Assembly (NCBI RefSeq): GCF_006345805.1
Contig: NC_042997.1
Coordinates: 202,740,001-202,804,000, forward strand
Source: Octopus sinensis
Lineage: Eukaryota
Reading direction: 5' to 3'
DNA: 64,000 bases
This document shows positions 61,259 to 64,000 of this stretch, piece by piece. Position 1 is the first letter of the stretch. Every line of letters begins with the position of its first letter. Under the pieces are notes generated by a model. The model did no database searches. It was not told where the DNA came from and saw only the letters and a program-made list of their open reading frames with translations. Position numbers and translations under genes: made by a program.

Positions 61259-61547
61259 TTCATCATCATCATCATCATCATCGTAATTATGATCATTGTC
61301 ACCATCATTGTCATCATCACTGTTATCATCATCATTAATGGTGGCAGCAGTGCTATCATTATCCCCCATCATAGTCATCATCATCATCATTGTTACTATC
61401 ATCATCATCATTATCGTTTTATTGCTATATTTATAATCAGCATTCAGTTGCTCTGTCATGGCAAATTTTCAAATGAATTATCAAAATTTACTAACGAGAC
61501 AACTTGTGAGGACTTATATTAGTACTTTGGCTGTGAGACATATAATG

Positions 61548-61620
<73 letters not shown>
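61210..61620. repeat. (ATC)n tract (61210-61400) and pure (AAT)n tract (61545-61620)
   Basis: Direct reading. Confidence 0.95.
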
Positions 61621-61623
<3 letters not shown>

Positions 61624-61956
61624 GAAAGAAACAAAGACCATATCTGCATTCTTATTTCTAGCTTCTTACTCCAAGCCAAACTGGTTGAATTTAAGCATAA
61701 ATCTGGTTTGAAAAAAAAAAATCAAACAATAAAACATATAATACAAAGAAACGAAAATTCATATCCAAACAATATCTTTGTTTGCCATATGTATGAATGT
61801 GCATACATATATGTATATATGTATTTACATATATATATATATTAAATATAAATTATTTTTGTGGACCAGATGTATGTATGTACATATACATACATATGTA
61901 AACACACACACACACATATGTGTGTATATATATATAGATAGATAGATGGATAGATG

Positions 61957-62053
<97 letters not shown>

Positions 62054-62944
62054 TTGTTTGCCTGATGTATGTATGTGTTTATATGTATGTCTATGTACGT
62101 GTACTTGTATTATCAGGTAGATGCATGTATATACATAAATACATACAGTCGCATGTGTGTGTACACACATGCGCTCACACACACACACACACACATTTTG
62201 ATGTAATCTTTTGAAGCTAAGTGTAAATACAGATATGGATGACATGTGAAAGAGATAAAATATCTAAGCCCAGTTAGCATCAAATTAATATCTTCCAGTT
62301 CATATCTTTATATATTAAACACTGAGCAGTTGATTCTTTCTGGGAATCCAGTATAATCTGTATCCTATATATCTTATATGATATATCTGTATGTGAGATT
62401 GTATTGCAGCATTTGTTTACATCCAAAGTGAATGCAGACTGATCAGAGATGTCTGTTTTCTAAATTTCTCCTTGAGATTAATGACAACTTGTTCAGTCCC
62501 TTGGGTGACTAAAAACACTGCACAGACACACACATACATACACATGCATACACATACATACACAGACAGCCAATACACATGCATACACAAAAACATTTAC
62601 ACACATACAAATATGCACTGATGAACACATGCACATACACGCATATACATATACATCTGTACAGGCACACCCACATTTATACTCAGACATACACAAACAT
62701 ATAAGCACACAATCACACACAGGCATACACAGATGTACACACACATATGATACGCACAGACACATACACATACAAACATACATAGACACTCACACATAGA
62801 CATATACATGCACAGGCATACATACACACACAACCACAAACACAGGCTCATACATATACAAACACACACACGCATACACACGCACACACAGATATACACC
62901 AATACAACTCCTCCCCCCATATGCACATACAGACAAATATACCT

Positions 62945-63155
62945 TTCTACATTAGGCACAAGGCCCGAAATTTTGGGGGAGGGGGACCAGTCGATTCAAT
63001 CGACCTCAGTACGCAACTGGTACTTAATTTATTGACCCTGAAATGGTTAAAGGCAAAGTTGACCTCAGCAGAATTTGAACTCAGAATGTAAAGACAGACG
63101 GAATACTGCTAAGCATTTCACTCGGCATGCTAACGTTTCTACCAGCTCACCACCT
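62945..63155 (-). mobile_element. SINE family 2
   Basis: ttaggcacaaggcccgaaattttgggg..aaggcaaagttgacctcagcagaatttgaac..gctaacgtttctaccagctcacc. Confidence 0.88.
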
Positions 63156-63394
63156 TCATACAGACAAATATAGATACACTTATACACAGGCACATACATA
63201 CATATACACCCATACAAACTCACACACTGGCACATACATACACCAGTACAAACACATATACACATACGCATACATATACACACACATCATTATCCTCAAC
63301 TTACCATTTTTACATTTCCCTTTTTCCTTACTACTATACATAATATAGGTTAGTTTCAATACATCTCTCCACTTGTCAGCAGTTCTTTTTATTT

Positions 63395-63750
63395 TTTATA
63401 TTTTGCTTGTTTCAGTTATTAGACTGTGGCCATGCTGGGGCACCACCTTAAAAAATTTTAGCTGAACAAAGCAACCAGAGCACTTATTTTTTGAAAGCCT
63501 GGTACTTTATTGGCCTCTTTTGCCATACTGCTAAGTTACAGGGACATAAACACACGAACATCTGTTGTCATGACATAAACACACACATGCACACACACAC
63601 ACACACATGATGGGCTTCTCTCAGTTTCCATCTACCAAATCCACTCACAAGGCTTTGGTTGACTCGGGATTTTAATAGAAGACACTTGCTCAAAGTGGAA
63701 CTAAACCCAGAATCATTAGATTGGGAAGCAAACTTCTTACCACACAGCCA
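63395..63750 (-). mobile_element. SINE family 1
   Basis: tgcttgtttcagttattagactgtggccatgctgg..ccactcacaaggctttgg. Confidence 0.85.
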
Positions 63751-63769
63751 CAACTGTGCCATCATCATC

Positions 63770-64000
63770 TTGTTTGTGAGACCAGTCTCCTGATCTCAGC
63801 GCTCACCCTTTCTACTCATGTTTTTTTTCATAGGCTCCTTGTACTGAACATCATTTGGCACTTCTTCACCCAGACATCATTCTTTATACAAATCAGATAA
63901 CCAAAACAATCATGTATCCATGCCAGAACAGCTTTCTATTTGTATACTACAGCGCGGGCTAAAACTATGCGCCTTCACTAGTCAGTTAAGGTGAGACAGT
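63770..64000 (-). mobile_element. Degenerate RTE ORF C-terminal fragment
   Basis: Minus strand: FGYLICIKNDVWVKKCQ..KT..V..IRRLGLT. Confidence 0.55.

Noticed and set aside
486-63768. Many ORFs rich in HT/CV/YI/D/M/H/I runs (e.g. 5154-5753, 13749-14264, 31433-31957, 62597-62959)
   Set aside because: They are translations of (CA)n, (TA)n and (ATC)n microsatellites, which lack stops by construction

Overview
This is AT-rich, microsatellite-saturated eukaryotic DNA, almost certainly from an Octopus genome; that call rests on my recognising the tRNA-derived SINEs and the (GAT)n-tailed RTE 3'-UTR repeat. No intact protein-coding gene is evident. There are only weak candidate host exons (42465-42545 and 61101-61171 on +, 14575-14634 on -), so the window is probably intronic or intergenic. 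Most of it is transposon debris: five mariner copies, a Tigger fragment, MITEs, three Helitron-derived elements, a 1.55-kb CR1 LINE, many RTE 3' ends, three SINE families and a solo LTR. The main signal is Penelope-like elements (PLEs). These are a 2.65-kb Neptune-type element (RT + GIY-YIG) inserted into the (TA)n of a SINE, a second GIY-YIG clade remnant, and several pseudo-LTR (pLTR) families carrying hammerhead ribozyme folds on both strands. Two folds have a canonical core (2655-2742 on +, 54098-54186 on -), and one family carries a non-canonical CUG(U/C)UGA core. Also notable are an unexplained 166-nt imperfect hairpin (24437-24602), fold-back inversions at retrotransposition junctions, and repeated tandem amplification of a stem-loop unit in the RTE 3'-UTR. 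All structures were folded by eye, and element boundaries are approximate unless a TIR or TSD is quoted.
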